A stretch of 63,610 bases of DNA, filler included, from Chiloscyllium plagiosum (lineage: Eukaryota): the NCBI RefSeq assembly GCF_004010195.1. It is 4 parts of 2 records of this genome, joined end to end, with 100 filler letters (N's around TTAATTAATTAA, not from the genome) between each part and the next. Parts side by side here need not be neighbours in the genome. Positions count along the whole stretch, not along the records: positions 1 to 28,729 come from NC_057711.1; positions 28,830 to 56,865 come from NC_057711.1; 2 more parts are not named here. One strand, 5' to 3'. The notes beneath the pieces were generated by a model. It worked only from the letters and a program-made list of their open reading frames with translations. It was not told the origin of the DNA and did not search any database. Shown here in pieces: positions 27,271 through 38,805 of this stretch. Each line of letters begins with the position of its first letter. The stretch's first letter is position 1. The position numbers and the translations under genes are program-made.

Positions 27271-28729
27271 TAATTGTCTGCCTCTAGCTGTTATGACATG
27301 TTCATTTCTATATTGTACAGTGTAGTTTCATTCCCACTGTGAACAATAAACCTGGAATAGAATTTGGCCCAATTCCTACTTTCAGATACAAAAGCAGAAT
27401 GGATTTCTTCTCTCTTTGTCATCTGTTGAAAATGGTAAACTTGTTATCGATAAAGATCCTTAATTTCACTATAACTGGTGCACAGAGCGAATCTTCTCCT
27501 TGTTGTCTGCAGTATGCATCAGGTGTGCCTTAGGAAAATCACTAGGATATAATTTTCATGTAATTCCGACTTATGAAAATGGGTTTTCTTCTCTAATGCA
27601 GCTGTAGACTGATAAACTGCTGTGCCCATTATTTTTTTTGCTGAAAAGACCAATTACCTGATCTACAGGGATGAGCATTTAGACCTTTACCTTTACATTA
27701 AAAAAAAGAATTTATTTTCCTTCTCTGCTGCTTCCGTGAAATTGCTGACTCATACTGAGGCACTGTTTCCCAAGCATCAGCAGCCATTTAGTACCTCACA
27801 CACACACATCGTTCTTCTTAATATGTCAGCCTACGTGTCAGCAAATGATTCAAACAAAATCACAGCTGCTAATCTCATCTTTGACTCATTTTCTGATCTT
27901 AATACTCTTCTCATCTCCCAGCCACAAGTATATACTTTTCAGTAAAGGATCAATGAACATTAGTAGAAACAGGAACTGTGACTTATTTTATCATGCCTAA
28001 CCTCATCCACATTTTAGGTCACTTTATAGGTCAGCCAGCATAGGGTGTGTCAGAAATCGAAGTTCAACCTCATGTTTTATCTGTATGAATACCAGTCTGG
28101 GTAATTCACTATCAGAACAGTTACCAATTAAAGGCTAGATTTCTGAGGAGTTGCACAGACTTGCAGAATGCCAGTCCAATCCTTTTTTAATGTGAAGAAA
28201 CAGTTCTGAAATTCAGACAAGAGATTCTGATCAGGGCTCTTTCAGAAATGCAGAGCCATACTTTAAATCTGACATGCAGGATAGTCAGAGATAGGCGAAC
28301 CATTCCCTCTTTTCCACAGCAGTCAGTTGACATTTTCTGTGAGTTAAGGTCCAGCACCACAGTCAGTGAAAGTACAAAGTAAGTGTGAAGTTTGGGTGTA
28401 AGGAGCGTAGGGTACCACGTGGGTAGATTTTAGGGCATCAAGTACATACGGCATCAAATAGCTAGAGTGCCAACAAAGTAGAATGTCAGCTGCGTAGAGG
28501 TAGAGTGTTAACAAAATTGGGTGATAGTTGGTAGGTTTAAGGTTAGGGTGCTAGGGCAGTTTGGCAAGGAGGTCAAGTGAATAATGGAGTGTTCAGAGCA
28601 GAGCACGGTGAGTGAGAGATGTCAGATCTGGCAGAAGTGGGGGGTTGGTGGATTGGGGAGTGCAGTGTGTTAGGTCCCTGGGTAAATAGGGGGATGTTGC
28701 GTCTTGCAGCATGGGAGGAGGTGTGTGTG

Positions 28730-28829
28730 NNNNNNNNNNNNNNNNNNNNNNNNNNNNNNNNNNNNNNNNNNNNTTAATTAATTAANNNNNNNNNNNNNNN
28801 NNNNNNNNNNNNNNNNNNNNNNNNNNNNN
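28730..28829. other. 100-bp scaffold gap with artificial TTAATTAATTAA linker (same at 56866-56965 and 60815-60914)
   Basis: Identical 44N + 12-mer + 44N layout three times. Confidence 0.95.
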
Positions 28830-29000
28830 ACCCATTCTCACATCACTACCCACCCTTCACTACTCCAGAACATCCCCATTCCCACATCCCCACTCACCCT
28901 TCATTGCTCCAGACTATCCCATTCCCACATCACCACTCACCTTTCACTGCTCCAGACAATCCCAACTCCCACATCACCATACATGCTTCACTGCTCCAAA
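28830..29000. repeat. 43-44 bp C-rich tandem repeat, about 4 copies, next to a gap
   Basis: ctccag recurs at 28863, 28907, 28950. Confidence 0.75.
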
Positions 29001-29339
29001 CCTGATCTGCCTCCACCTCTCCTAGAATCTGGCCTCACATTTTAACTCCAGATATGAGCTCCCTCTACTCGATACCTTACCTACCATCTCCCCCTCATCC
29101 CCAGCCTTCCCAGCACCTAACCTCACACTTTCCTTCTGTACTTATGGTTTGACAGCAGCTGGTTAAGTGTCTGCCTGTAATTCTGGGTGTTTAAATTACG
29201 GAATACAGCAGCTGACTGCTGTGAAATTGGGCATGATTTGTCTCCTTGCAATGGTTCCTTTTACAGGAGACCTGTTAGAATGGCAGCATGGCTCTGCATT
29301 CCTGAATAGGCCCTGATCTCCTGTTGAAAAGCAGAGCTC

Positions 29340-29670
29340 TCTTCTTTCCAAAAAAAAGGGATGTAATGGCAACCACAGGAGGTGAGTAAATTAAATTTGA
29401 GCACAAGGGCTGAGGGGGAATATGCTCAGTAAAGATTGGGAATTGGTTAATAGACTGGAAATACAGAGTAGGAATAAATAGATCAGTCTCAGGGTGGCAG
29501 CCATGGACATCACTCTGGCCAGTGCCAGGTCCACAGTAGTTCACAATTCACATAAACAACATAGATGTGGGGACCGATTGCATTATTTTTTTATTGGCAT
29601 ATGACTCCAAACTGGGTGAGAAGGTAAATTGGGAGGAAAGTGTAAAAAGGCTCAAAGGGGACTTGGTCAG
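29340..29670 (+). mobile_element. Old CR1 RT fragment
   Basis: IGNWLIDWKYRVGINRSVSGWQP-like remnant. Confidence 0.6.
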
Positions 29671-30159
29671 AACAGGGGAGTCCAACTTCCAACCAGCAGG
29701 TCACATACAGTCTGTCAAAGCATTTCATATGACCTGACAGTCTACATTACTGGTAGATAAATCGACAGCTCATTCCGTAATGAATAGTTACATAACCACA
29801 AAAAGCTATGTAAGGTGAAAGTCTGGGTCCTGGGAACCATGAACATCTGGAGGCCTGGGAACTGAGGTATGAGTCTTTGGCTGGGTGTGGGATTAGGAAC
29901 CTTTCATGGAGTCCCAGGCTTAGGGAGAAGGGCAAGGAGATGAGACTTTGATATACCTAGCCTGGCAACTCAGAGATTAAATCAACAAAAAAAAACCCAC
30001 AGATTTGTCAGAAGATACGTGCAGCTCATATGTAGGAAAGGGATAGAAAACCTGGTGAAAGTTACAGTTCCATGTAGTGCCATACCTGCTTTAGACTCCT
30101 TGTATACATTCTACAAAGATTTCACATAGGAAATTTCCAGTGCAAACTTCCCCTTCAGC

Positions 30160-30465
30160 AAGGCAGCTCAGTAGCTCAGTGGTCAACACTGCTGCCTCAC
30201 AGTGCTGGATACCTGGGTTTGATTCCTGCATCAGGCTGCTATCTGTGTGGAGTTTGCATATTCTCTGTGGATTCCCTCCAGTTGTTCTGATTTCCTCCCA
30301 CAATCCAAAAATGTGCAGATTAGGTGAATTGGCCATGCTAAATTGCCCATAACATTTGGGGATCTGTAGGTTAGGTGCATTAGTCATGGGAAATGCAGAG
30401 TAATAGAGTCAGGGAATAGGTTTGGGTGGACTCTTTGGAGGGTCAGTGTGGACTTGTTGACCAAA
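30160..30465 (+). mobile_element. HE1-type SINE (diverged)
   Basis: Head tagctcagtggtcaacactgctgcctcacag, V-domain, ttggccatgctaaattgccc. Confidence 0.85.
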
Positions 30466-31267
30466 GGCAAGTGTGTATCAGGTGTAACTTTTCCTTTAAA
30501 CTACTGTGCTGTGCTGACATTAGCATGTGCAAGGTTTCTATCTACAAAACTTTGTATTGATTAGATGAGATTTGTTTGACAACCCTAGACTGCTGTCTGT
30601 GAAGTCTGAGGGAACAATTAAAACAAATATCTTCTAAAAGGTTAATTGCAGCCTGTGCATACTGAAGGGCCAAAGGGCATTTGCTGTCTTTTTGTCTATA
30701 CAATTTTGTCTATACAATTTTGGCTATACAATTTTTCATAATAATGACCCTTCTTTAACCACTCACTAAAATCAATATTCTATCTTCAGTGTGCAGTCCA
30801 TTTCCCAAGTCGGTTTCACACAACATCACAGCGCTTTGCCTCCAATTTCTCTTTATCACTGATTTTCTCTCATATTCACTCAAACTGTTGAATCCATGGA
30901 GAGTCTAATCTTCACATTGTAAATCAGGATGCTATCTCCAACTCACCCTTTTATTAGATGCCAGATTCCCTTTATCTAAAATTGGAAATAGTTACTGGGT
31001 AATATGAATGTCTTTAAGTATTTTATACAGATTAGCTGCAGTACTTGCATGTAAATCAATACACATTCTTCAAAGCTTTTAGGTGCCGTGGCATCTAATC
31101 ATCAAGATTGTGTTAATCAAATTCTATTAAATTCAACTGTCCATAAATAATTTGTCAATGAATATATACATAAATATTTCTAGTTTCTATATAGTTAAAA
31201 TCTTAAATTACATTTATTATTTAGAACTATTCACCTATGTAGGGGAATTATGACATTGATTACACAC

Positions 31268-31600
31268 AGCATCTTTCAAAATGCTAAAACGTCCCAAAGT
31301 GCTTCACAGCCAATGAAGTACTTTTGAAAAATAGTCACTATTGTAATACAGAAAGTTCAGCAACCAATTTGTGCACAGTAAAATTCATCTAGCAATAATA
31401 TCTAGATAATTTTGTTTAGTGGATATAATTTGAGGGCCTGCGCTTGCGCAAATAGATTCATGGCAATTTTCCATTCCACCTTAAAGGACTGAAAGTTTCA
31501 CATCTGATCTTAATGTTGGCATTTTCAAGATTCCCTCAGGTCTGTGTTTAGGCCCTATTCTAAATTATATGCTGCAAGTGCCTGGAATGGAACATAATCC
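31268..31600 (-). mobile_element. Deu-domain SINE (SacSINE1/AmnSINE1-related), degenerate
   Basis: Reverse complement reads ctgtgcacaaattggttgctg...attacaatagtgacta...tcaaaagtacttcattggctgtgaagcactttgggacg; family recognised from memory. Confidence 0.65.
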
Positions 31601-33034
31601 CACAAATCAGTTATAAGTGATGATTGACATTAATCCATTGCTTTCCCTATTTAATTTGTGATTTCTTTGGAATACTTGGACAAGTAGATACTCTTGTATA
31701 ATGAAACAAAGAACTGTGAATGCTGGAGATCTAAAACAAAAACAAAAATTGCTGGTGGAAGTCAGCAGGTCTGGCAGCAGCTGTGCAAAGAAAGCAGGGT
31801 TATCCGTTCAAGACAGTTCTGAGAAATATTAACTCTCTTTGGAGCAGAGTTGGTGAAGATTGGCATAATGGAGATCAGTGGCTTGCTTTCCTACTATTCA
31901 TGACAACATTGTAAATGCATTGTAAATCTTTACCCCTGGCAATGCTCAGTGAAACACACATTGAAAAATTGAATTAGAAAGTATTTTCTTCGTCTTTCCA
32001 TTGACAAGCCTATTGCTAATTGACTAATTACAAATGTAAATGGTTATTTAAAAGCAGTTCCCATGGAGAAAAATCATAAGAAAGTGCACTATTAGCACCA
32101 ACAGACATCCCTACTTAATAGCAAAAACAATAAATTAACCTAACCCAGTGGCGAAGGAAGGTTAAATCTGCAGACATTAAAAACGACTTGGCAGTACAGG
32201 CTAGCTACCCTTCAGAAGCATTGTATTTGAAAGTAATTTAAACCAGGAGTTGCTATTCAGCTGGGAGAGTTCTTTATCTGCAATTAATTCTGCTAATAAT
32301 GTCAAACCTGAGAAAGCAGGCTCCTTCAAAAAACCTATTCAGGATGAATCCTGAGCTGCGTGGGACATGCAGAGGCAATGCCATGAACAATTGCTACAAA
32401 CCATCTCCTTGCTTTCATGCAAATTGCTTTTATCAGATACCCATAATCTATTTGCTGCCTTTTGTCCTGCATATTCATATTATTGGGCAAGAGCCATGTG
32501 TTCACTGAGAAACATCAATCAAAGAGCTCATTGCACGTTAAGAAACAATGAGTGCAGACCTAAAGGGCAGAATCTTCAAATGATCAAGTCACATGTCAGA
32601 TCAAATTTAGCAGTCAATCATCTTCTCTCAAGAAAATAGATGATAGTTGGAAGACACTCCACCAAACTGAGGACTCATCCTTCAAATCTCAGGATGGAGA
32701 AATGAGGAAAGACTGGCAAACTTTGCACAAATCACTCCTGAGACAATGAGAATAAGATGGAATCTCATGGGAGTAGAGAAGAAGTAAATCTTGAATGCTA
32801 CTTCATGTTAAGTCAAAATGATATGACAAGTTCAAACTAGCACAAATTTAAAACTGATGCTTTATATCAGAGCATGGAATAGATTCACCAACAGAATAAT
32901 TTAAGAATCAATTGAAAGCTGAGAAATGTGGCAAGGCTACAAGTCTTTTCACTAGATGGATCAAAGATGATATAGCAAGTAGACTTCTTCTATTTTATTT
33001 TGTCATTCTTTCTAGAAGTAATTCAATCAGTATC

Positions 33035-33660
33035 TGAAAAGCAGAATGCTGAGGATGTTGGGAATCTGAATTTAAAATGGAAAATCTTGAAAGTATTTAG
33101 AAGGTTAGGCAGCATATGAGGAAAGAGCAACATTGTTATTTTTTCAGTTCTGTGGCCCCGTCATCAGAACTGGAGAAGAAATGAGACATCTAAGCAAGGG
33201 TTTTGAGTAAGATGCGAGTTGGATGATAACAAAAACAAGGTCTGTGATGGAGTGAAAGAGAGACTGAATGATAGGAAAGTTAGTTTTCCTGGGCAAAATA
33301 AAATGGTGATGGAGCAAGAAAATAAATAATGAAACAAAAGATATCCCAATAGCAAATTCTACCAAAGGAAACAAAGAAGAAAGAAAAATAAATAAAAAAT
33401 GTAAAGAAAAGGAAACAAATAGTGGAAAAGAGTTTATTAGTGTTGAGTCTGGAAGATTATGAAATATCTAACTGATGGATAAGGTTCTGTTCCAAGCTCA
33501 TGTTGAGTCTCACTGGAACAGTACACCAGGCCAAGGGCAGAGGTGACAGTAGGAGAACAATGTGGAGGATTAAAACAGCAGCTCACTGGAAGCTCAGGTT
33601 CATGTTTGTGGACTGAATTGAGCTATTCCACTGGGCATGGTCAGCCAATCGTCATTGTGC
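33035..33660 (-). mobile_element. Old PLE 3' remnant
   Basis: Family-B-like terminal repeat at 33040-33180 and an LEQNLI-like endonuclease C-terminal remnant near 33480-33500. Confidence 0.5.
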
Positions 33661-33974
33661 AAAGCAATCAGCACTCTTTCGTTCTGTATGAAGTTTAGCA
33701 TTCTTCTATTTGTCCTGAGTATTGCAAAATGAAAAATTTCAGAAACACATTACATGTTTCAGCATTTATTTTTCTCTTTTCTCATCCCATCATTATTTTC
33801 CTTGGCCTTCAAGACTAAGTGTTCTGTCACTCAGTCAGTCCTATCTTCTGCTTTTCACAGGTCTTCCAGTTGTCTTTGTCCCACTTATGCATTCATCAAA
33901 ACCTATTGCATGTCTAGCTTTTCCTGATGATACAGACTTGAAATATTAAATGCTGCTTCATCTGCCTGGCAGCA

Positions 33975-34199
33975 GTGAGTAGAGTGGTGCTGGAAAAGCA
34001 CAGCAGGTCAGGCAGCATCCGAGGAGCAGGAAAATCGATGTTTCGGGCAAAAGCCCTTCATCAGGAAGCGCTCATTCTTGATGAAGGGCTTTTGCCTGAA
34101 ACATCGATTTTCCTGCTCCTCAGATGCTGCCTGACCTGTTATGCTTTTCCAGCATCACTGTAACCTTGACTTTAATCTCCATCATCTGCAGTCCCCACC
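33975..34199. mobile_element. Fold-back PLE-derived element (family A) with two opposed hammerhead cores and 14-bp TSD
   Basis: Inverted arms of about 90 bp; minus strand cctgatgaagggcttttgcccgaaacatc, plus strand cttgatgaagggcttttgcctgaaacatc; TSD tctgcctggca(g/a)ca at 33961-33974 and 34200-34213. Confidence 0.85.
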
Positions 34200-34599
34200 T
34201 CTGCCTGGCAACAATGGGTAGCCAGCTGAAGTCATTAAAAGTCCAATGATACCCTACTTTGGCAGTCCAGTGTTATTTGCTGAATTTTTCACAACTCCTC
34301 ACTGTCCAATCCCTCCCCTATCATCCCTAATGCCCCCCACATGTTGAATCCCACTGTCTATGTCTACAGTTCATCTCACAGAAAGGGAGAATGTGATATG
34401 ACTTTAGAGTGAAGTGTCAGGCATATGCCAGAGAAAGTGTAAAGGTGTCAAAACCCTCTTTGCAACATGTCCACTGTGGAATGCTTTCATTTGGAAGTAT
34501 TCCATCTGTTGAGGAAGTTACCTGTCTGATTGTGGCTGTTCATTTTGTGCAGCCATCTTGTTCCCCATATGCAGCAGCATACAACATCCTTGGTGGGAC

Positions 34600-34895
34600 T
34601 TTGTTTTATTCATTCATGGGATGAGGCTTCACTGGCTAGGAAGGCATTTATTCCCCATCCCTAACTGCCCAGAGGGCAGTTAAGAGTCACCCGTGCATGT
34701 GGATCTGGAGTCACATGTAGGCCAGATAAGGTAAGGATGGTAGTTTACTTTCCTAAAGGGCATGAGTGAACCAGATGGGCTTTTGTTTTGATAGTCAACA
34801 ATGGATTTATGTCATCATTAGACTCTTAATTACAACTCATTTTTAATATTGAATTCAAAGTCCAACATCTTCAGTGGTGGGATTCGAACCCAGGT
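34600..34895 (-). mobile_element. tRNA-derived SINE, 3' part; its head resumes at about 37391-37460
   Basis: B-box gggttcgaatccc on the minus strand near 34880-34892; homologous to 52770-52935. Confidence 0.65.
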
Positions 34896-36231
34896 CAAAG
34901 AGTCATAGAGTCACAGAGATGTACATTACGGAAACAGACCATTCGGTCCAACTTGTCTATGCCGACAACATATCCTAACCCAATCTAGTCCCACCTGCCA
35001 GCACATGGCCCATATACTTCTAAACCCTTCCTATTCATATACCCATCCAGATGCATTTTAAATATTGTAATTATACCAGCATCCACCACTTCCTCTGGCA
35101 GCTCATTCCATACACGCACCACCCTTTGCAAGAAAATGTTACCCCTTCCGTCCCTTTTATATCTTTTCCCTCTCACCCTGACCCTCTGCCCTCTAGTTCT
35201 GGACTCCCTCACCCTAGAGAAAAAGACTTTGTCTATTTATCATTTCCATGCCCCTCATAACTTTATAAACTTCTAGAAGGTGACCCCTCAGCCTCAGACG
35301 CTACAGGGAAAACAGCCCCAGCCTATTCAACCTCTCCCAATAGCTCAAATCCTCTAACCCTGGCAACATCCTTGTAAATCTTTTCTGAACCCTTTCAAGT
35401 TTTACAACATCCTTCCAATAGGAAGGAGAGCAGAATTGTATGCAATATTCCAACAGTAACCTAACCAATACCTTGTACAGCTACAACATACCCTCCCAAC
35501 TCCTGTACTCAATACTCTGACCAATAAAAGAAAGCACACCAAATGCCTTCTTCACTATGCTATCTAGCTGTGACTCTACTTTCAAGGAACTATGAACCTG
35601 CACTCTATGGTCTCTTTGTTCAGCAATACTCCCTAGGAGCTTACCATTAATTGTATAAGTCCTGCTCTGTTTGCTTTTCCAAATTACAGCACCTCACATT
35701 TATTTAAATTAAACTCCATCTACCACCCCTCAGCCCATTGGCCCATCTGATCAAGATCCCATTGTAATCTGAGGTAACCTTCTTTGCTGTCCACTACACC
35801 TCCAATTTTAGTGTCACCTGCAAACTTACTAACTATGCCTCCTATGTTCATACCCAAATCATTAATATACATGACAAAATGTAGTGGACCCAATACCAAT
35901 TCTTGTGGTACACCAATGGTCACAGGCCTCCAGTGTGAAAAGCAACCCTCCACGACCACCCTTTGTCTTCTACCTTCGAGCCAGTTCTGTATCCAAATGG
36001 CTAGTTCTCTCTATATTTCATGAGATCTAACCTTGCTAAACAGTCTCCCATGAGGAACCTTGTCGAACGCCTTACTGAGGTCCACATAGGTCATCACCTA
36101 CCACCCCACCAACCTCCAGATACATCGTATCATCCTTCATCATTTCCACCACCTCCAAACAGATGCCACCACCAAGGATATATTTCCCTCTCCTCCACTA
36201 TCAGCATTCTGAAAAGACCACTCCCTCCTTT

Positions 36232-36546
36232 GGGCAGCATGGTGGCACAGTGGTTAGCACTGTTGCCTCACAGCGCCAGAGACCTGGGTTCAATTCCCGC
36301 CTCAGGCGACTGACTGTGTGGAGTTTGCACGTTCTCCCCGTGTCTGCGTGGGTTTCCTCCGGGTGCTCCGGTTTCCTCCCACAGTCCAAAGATGTGCAGG
36401 TCAGGTGAATTGGCCACGCTAAATTGCCCGTAGTGTTAGGTGCAGGGGTAAATGTAGGGGTATGGGTGGGTTGCGCTTCGGCGGGTCGATGTGGACTTGT
36501 TGGGCCGAAGGGCCTGTTTCCACACTGTAATATAATCTAATCTAAT
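36232..36546 (+). mobile_element. HE1-type SINE, full length
   Basis: A-box tggcacagtgg, B-box gggttcaattcc, V-domain, tail (aatct)n. Confidence 0.95.
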
Positions 36547-37227
36547 CCGTGACACCCTCGTCAGGTCCACACACCCCACCAACCCAACATCCACTCCCAG
36601 CACCTTCCCCTGCAACCACAAAAAATGCAAAACTTGTGCCCACACCTCCCCCCTCACTTCCCTCCAAGGCCCCGAGGGATCCTTCCATATCCGTCACAAA
36701 TTCACCTGCAACTCCACACACATCATTTACTGCATCCGCTGCACCCGATGTGGCCTCCTCTACACTGGGGAGACAGGCCGCCTACTTGCGGAACATTTCA
36801 GAGAACACCTCTGGGACACCGCACCAGCCAACCCAATCCTCCCATGGCTGAACACTTTAACTCCCCCTTCCACTCCGCCAAGGACATGCAGGTCCTTGGC
36901 CTCCTCCATCACCAGACCATGGCAACACAACGCCTGGAGGAAGAGCGCCTCATCTTCCGCCTAAAAACCCTCCAACCACAAGGGATGAATGCAGATTTCG
37001 CCAGCTTCCTCATTTCCCCTCCCCCCATCTTATCACAGTCCGAAATCTCGGACTCAGCACCGCCTTCTTGACCTGCAATCTTCTTCCCGCCCTCTCCGCC
37101 CCCACCACCTCTTCGGCCTATCACCCTCACCTTAACCTCCTTCCACCTATTGCATTCCCAATGCCCCTCCCCCAAGTCCCTCCTCCCTACCTTTTATCTT
37201 AGCCTGCTTGGCACACCTTCCTCATTC

Positions 37228-37256
37228 CTGAAGAAGGGCTTATGCCCGAAACATCG
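37228..37256 (+). ncRNA. Minimal hammerhead motif in PLE terminal repeat
   Basis: CUGAAGA-A-GGGC-uuau-GCCC-GAAAC-AUC; other copies read GAAACGUC/GUU, so AUC is probably CpG decay. Confidence 0.65.
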
Positions 37257-38477
37257 ATTCTCCTGGTCCTTGGATGCTGCCTGACCTGCTGCACTTTTCC
37301 AGCAACGCATTTTTGAGCTCCTCATAGATCATGTCCGCCGCTCTGCCCTCATCAATCTTGTTTGTTACTTCTTCAAAAAACTCAATCAATTTCCCAGAAC
37401 ATTACCTGAGTCACTAGATTAACAGTCCAACAATAATAGCACGAAGCCACAGCATCCCTACCTGTTGGTCACCCTTCACTTCGGCCTTGTATAATGGCTG
37501 TCCATCATCCTCAACTGGTCACCGAGTTCTTGTAAGATGGTGATGGAGGCCTCATGGCTGATCTGAGCACAGCCAAAACAGAAGCAAAGTGTAGAAGATT
37601 GTCAATGTCTGCAAAGACCCGACCTTTGTGGATGATAGCAGCGTCCTCACTATCACCACAGTGACACCATCTGAATGGACCAGATGTAACTGGCAATCAT
37701 TCCCAGTTATGATAGTTTTGCAGCACATTGGGTAATAACATTTCATAGAGCTTACAGAATCTGGCCATTTGGCCTAAGGTCTTCCCACCTTTTCAGTTCA
37801 CCCAATCAGTACTTTATTCTGATGTTTTCTTCTGCATGTGCTGACTTCGACATCCTTAAAATGCATCATTTTGTACCAGTATTTTGTCTTTGGTCCCCCT
37901 ATATTGCTGCAAGTCTGGATCGTCAGTTTGGTCGACCTCTCAGGACCCATGTCCTGGCTTTTGCGCATTGTTTTTTACTGACTAATTTATTACTTGGATT
38001 CTCTGTATGCCTCTGTGTCTATGTGATCTCCAGCTTGTTTGAATTAGCATTAACATTATGCTGTCTGTATAGCATTTTAATCTTCTTCTGGATTGATAAA
38101 GTGTTTAATTATCTATCATTCCAACAGCATTGTCATTTAGGTGGTAAATATTTTAAACCTCTGCTGTAATTTTGTGAAAATTAAGAGGTGTGTAATTGGT
38201 TACAATAGGGAGCTGCATTATTTTAATTACAATTGAGTTGAAGTCCACTTGTTTTATGTCTCATTCAATTTTACTAGCCATTAAGATTTAAGGATGGTAG
38301 TCAGGTATAATGTGAATGGCCTAGCTATTCCTGATCAGCCTCTCAATGAGAAGTTTAGACTAAAATGACCATCAAAACTAATGTGTTAGTCTAAAAGTCA
38401 TGTATACAGAATGCATGACTCTTATTTTCAGAACTTATTTTAAAACCTGCACCTATTGTTGCTACCAGAGGATCACT

Positions 38478-38805
38478 AATAGAGTGATAGAGATGTACAG
38501 TACGGAAACCCTTTGGTCTAACTCGTCCATGCCGACCAGATACCCCAACCCAATCTAGTCCCACCGGCCAGCACCTGGCCCACCTCCCTCCAAACCCTTC
38601 CTCTTCATATATCCATCCAGGTGCCTTTTAAATGTTGCAGTTGTATTAGCCTCCACCACTTCCTCTGGCAGCTCATTCCATACACATACCACCCTGTGTG
38701 AAAGGTTGTCCCCTAGATCCCTTTTAAATCTTTCCCCTCTCAACTTAAACCTGAACCCACTGGTTTTGGACTCACCCACCTCCAGGAAAAGACTTTGGCT
38801 ATTAA
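38478..38805 (-). mobile_element. HER1-like CR1 3' end
   Basis: RVVCVWNELPEEVVEA...FKRHLDGYM. Confidence 0.9.

Larger units (their letters stand above)
36095..37322 (+). mobile_element. Penelope-like element 3' half: GIY-YIG endonuclease and terminal repeat
   Basis: FTCNSTHIIYCIRCTRCGLLYTGETGRLLAEHFREH from about 36700; RLEEERLIFRLKTLQPQGMN; TSD-like cataggtcat / catagatcat (36085-36094, 37323-37332). Confidence 0.9.
34898..37390 (-). mobile_element. HER1-like CR1 (about 1.25 kb of its own sequence) interrupted by a PLE
   Basis: WRPVTIGVPQELVLGP, SKFAGDTKIGG, VWNELP; CR1 sequence resumes at 37323. Confidence 0.9.

Noticed and set aside
28774..28785. TTAATTAATTAA island inside N runs (also 56910-56921 and 60859-60870)
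   Set aside because: Identical position in three 100-bp gaps; an artificial six-frame-stop linker, not biology.
30688..30737. 14-15 bp unit ttttgtctatacaa repeated three times
   Set aside because: Ordinary short slippage repeat.
36232..36300. tRNA gene
   Set aside because: A and B boxes belong to the HE1 SINE head; no full cloverleaf, and it continues into the V-domain.
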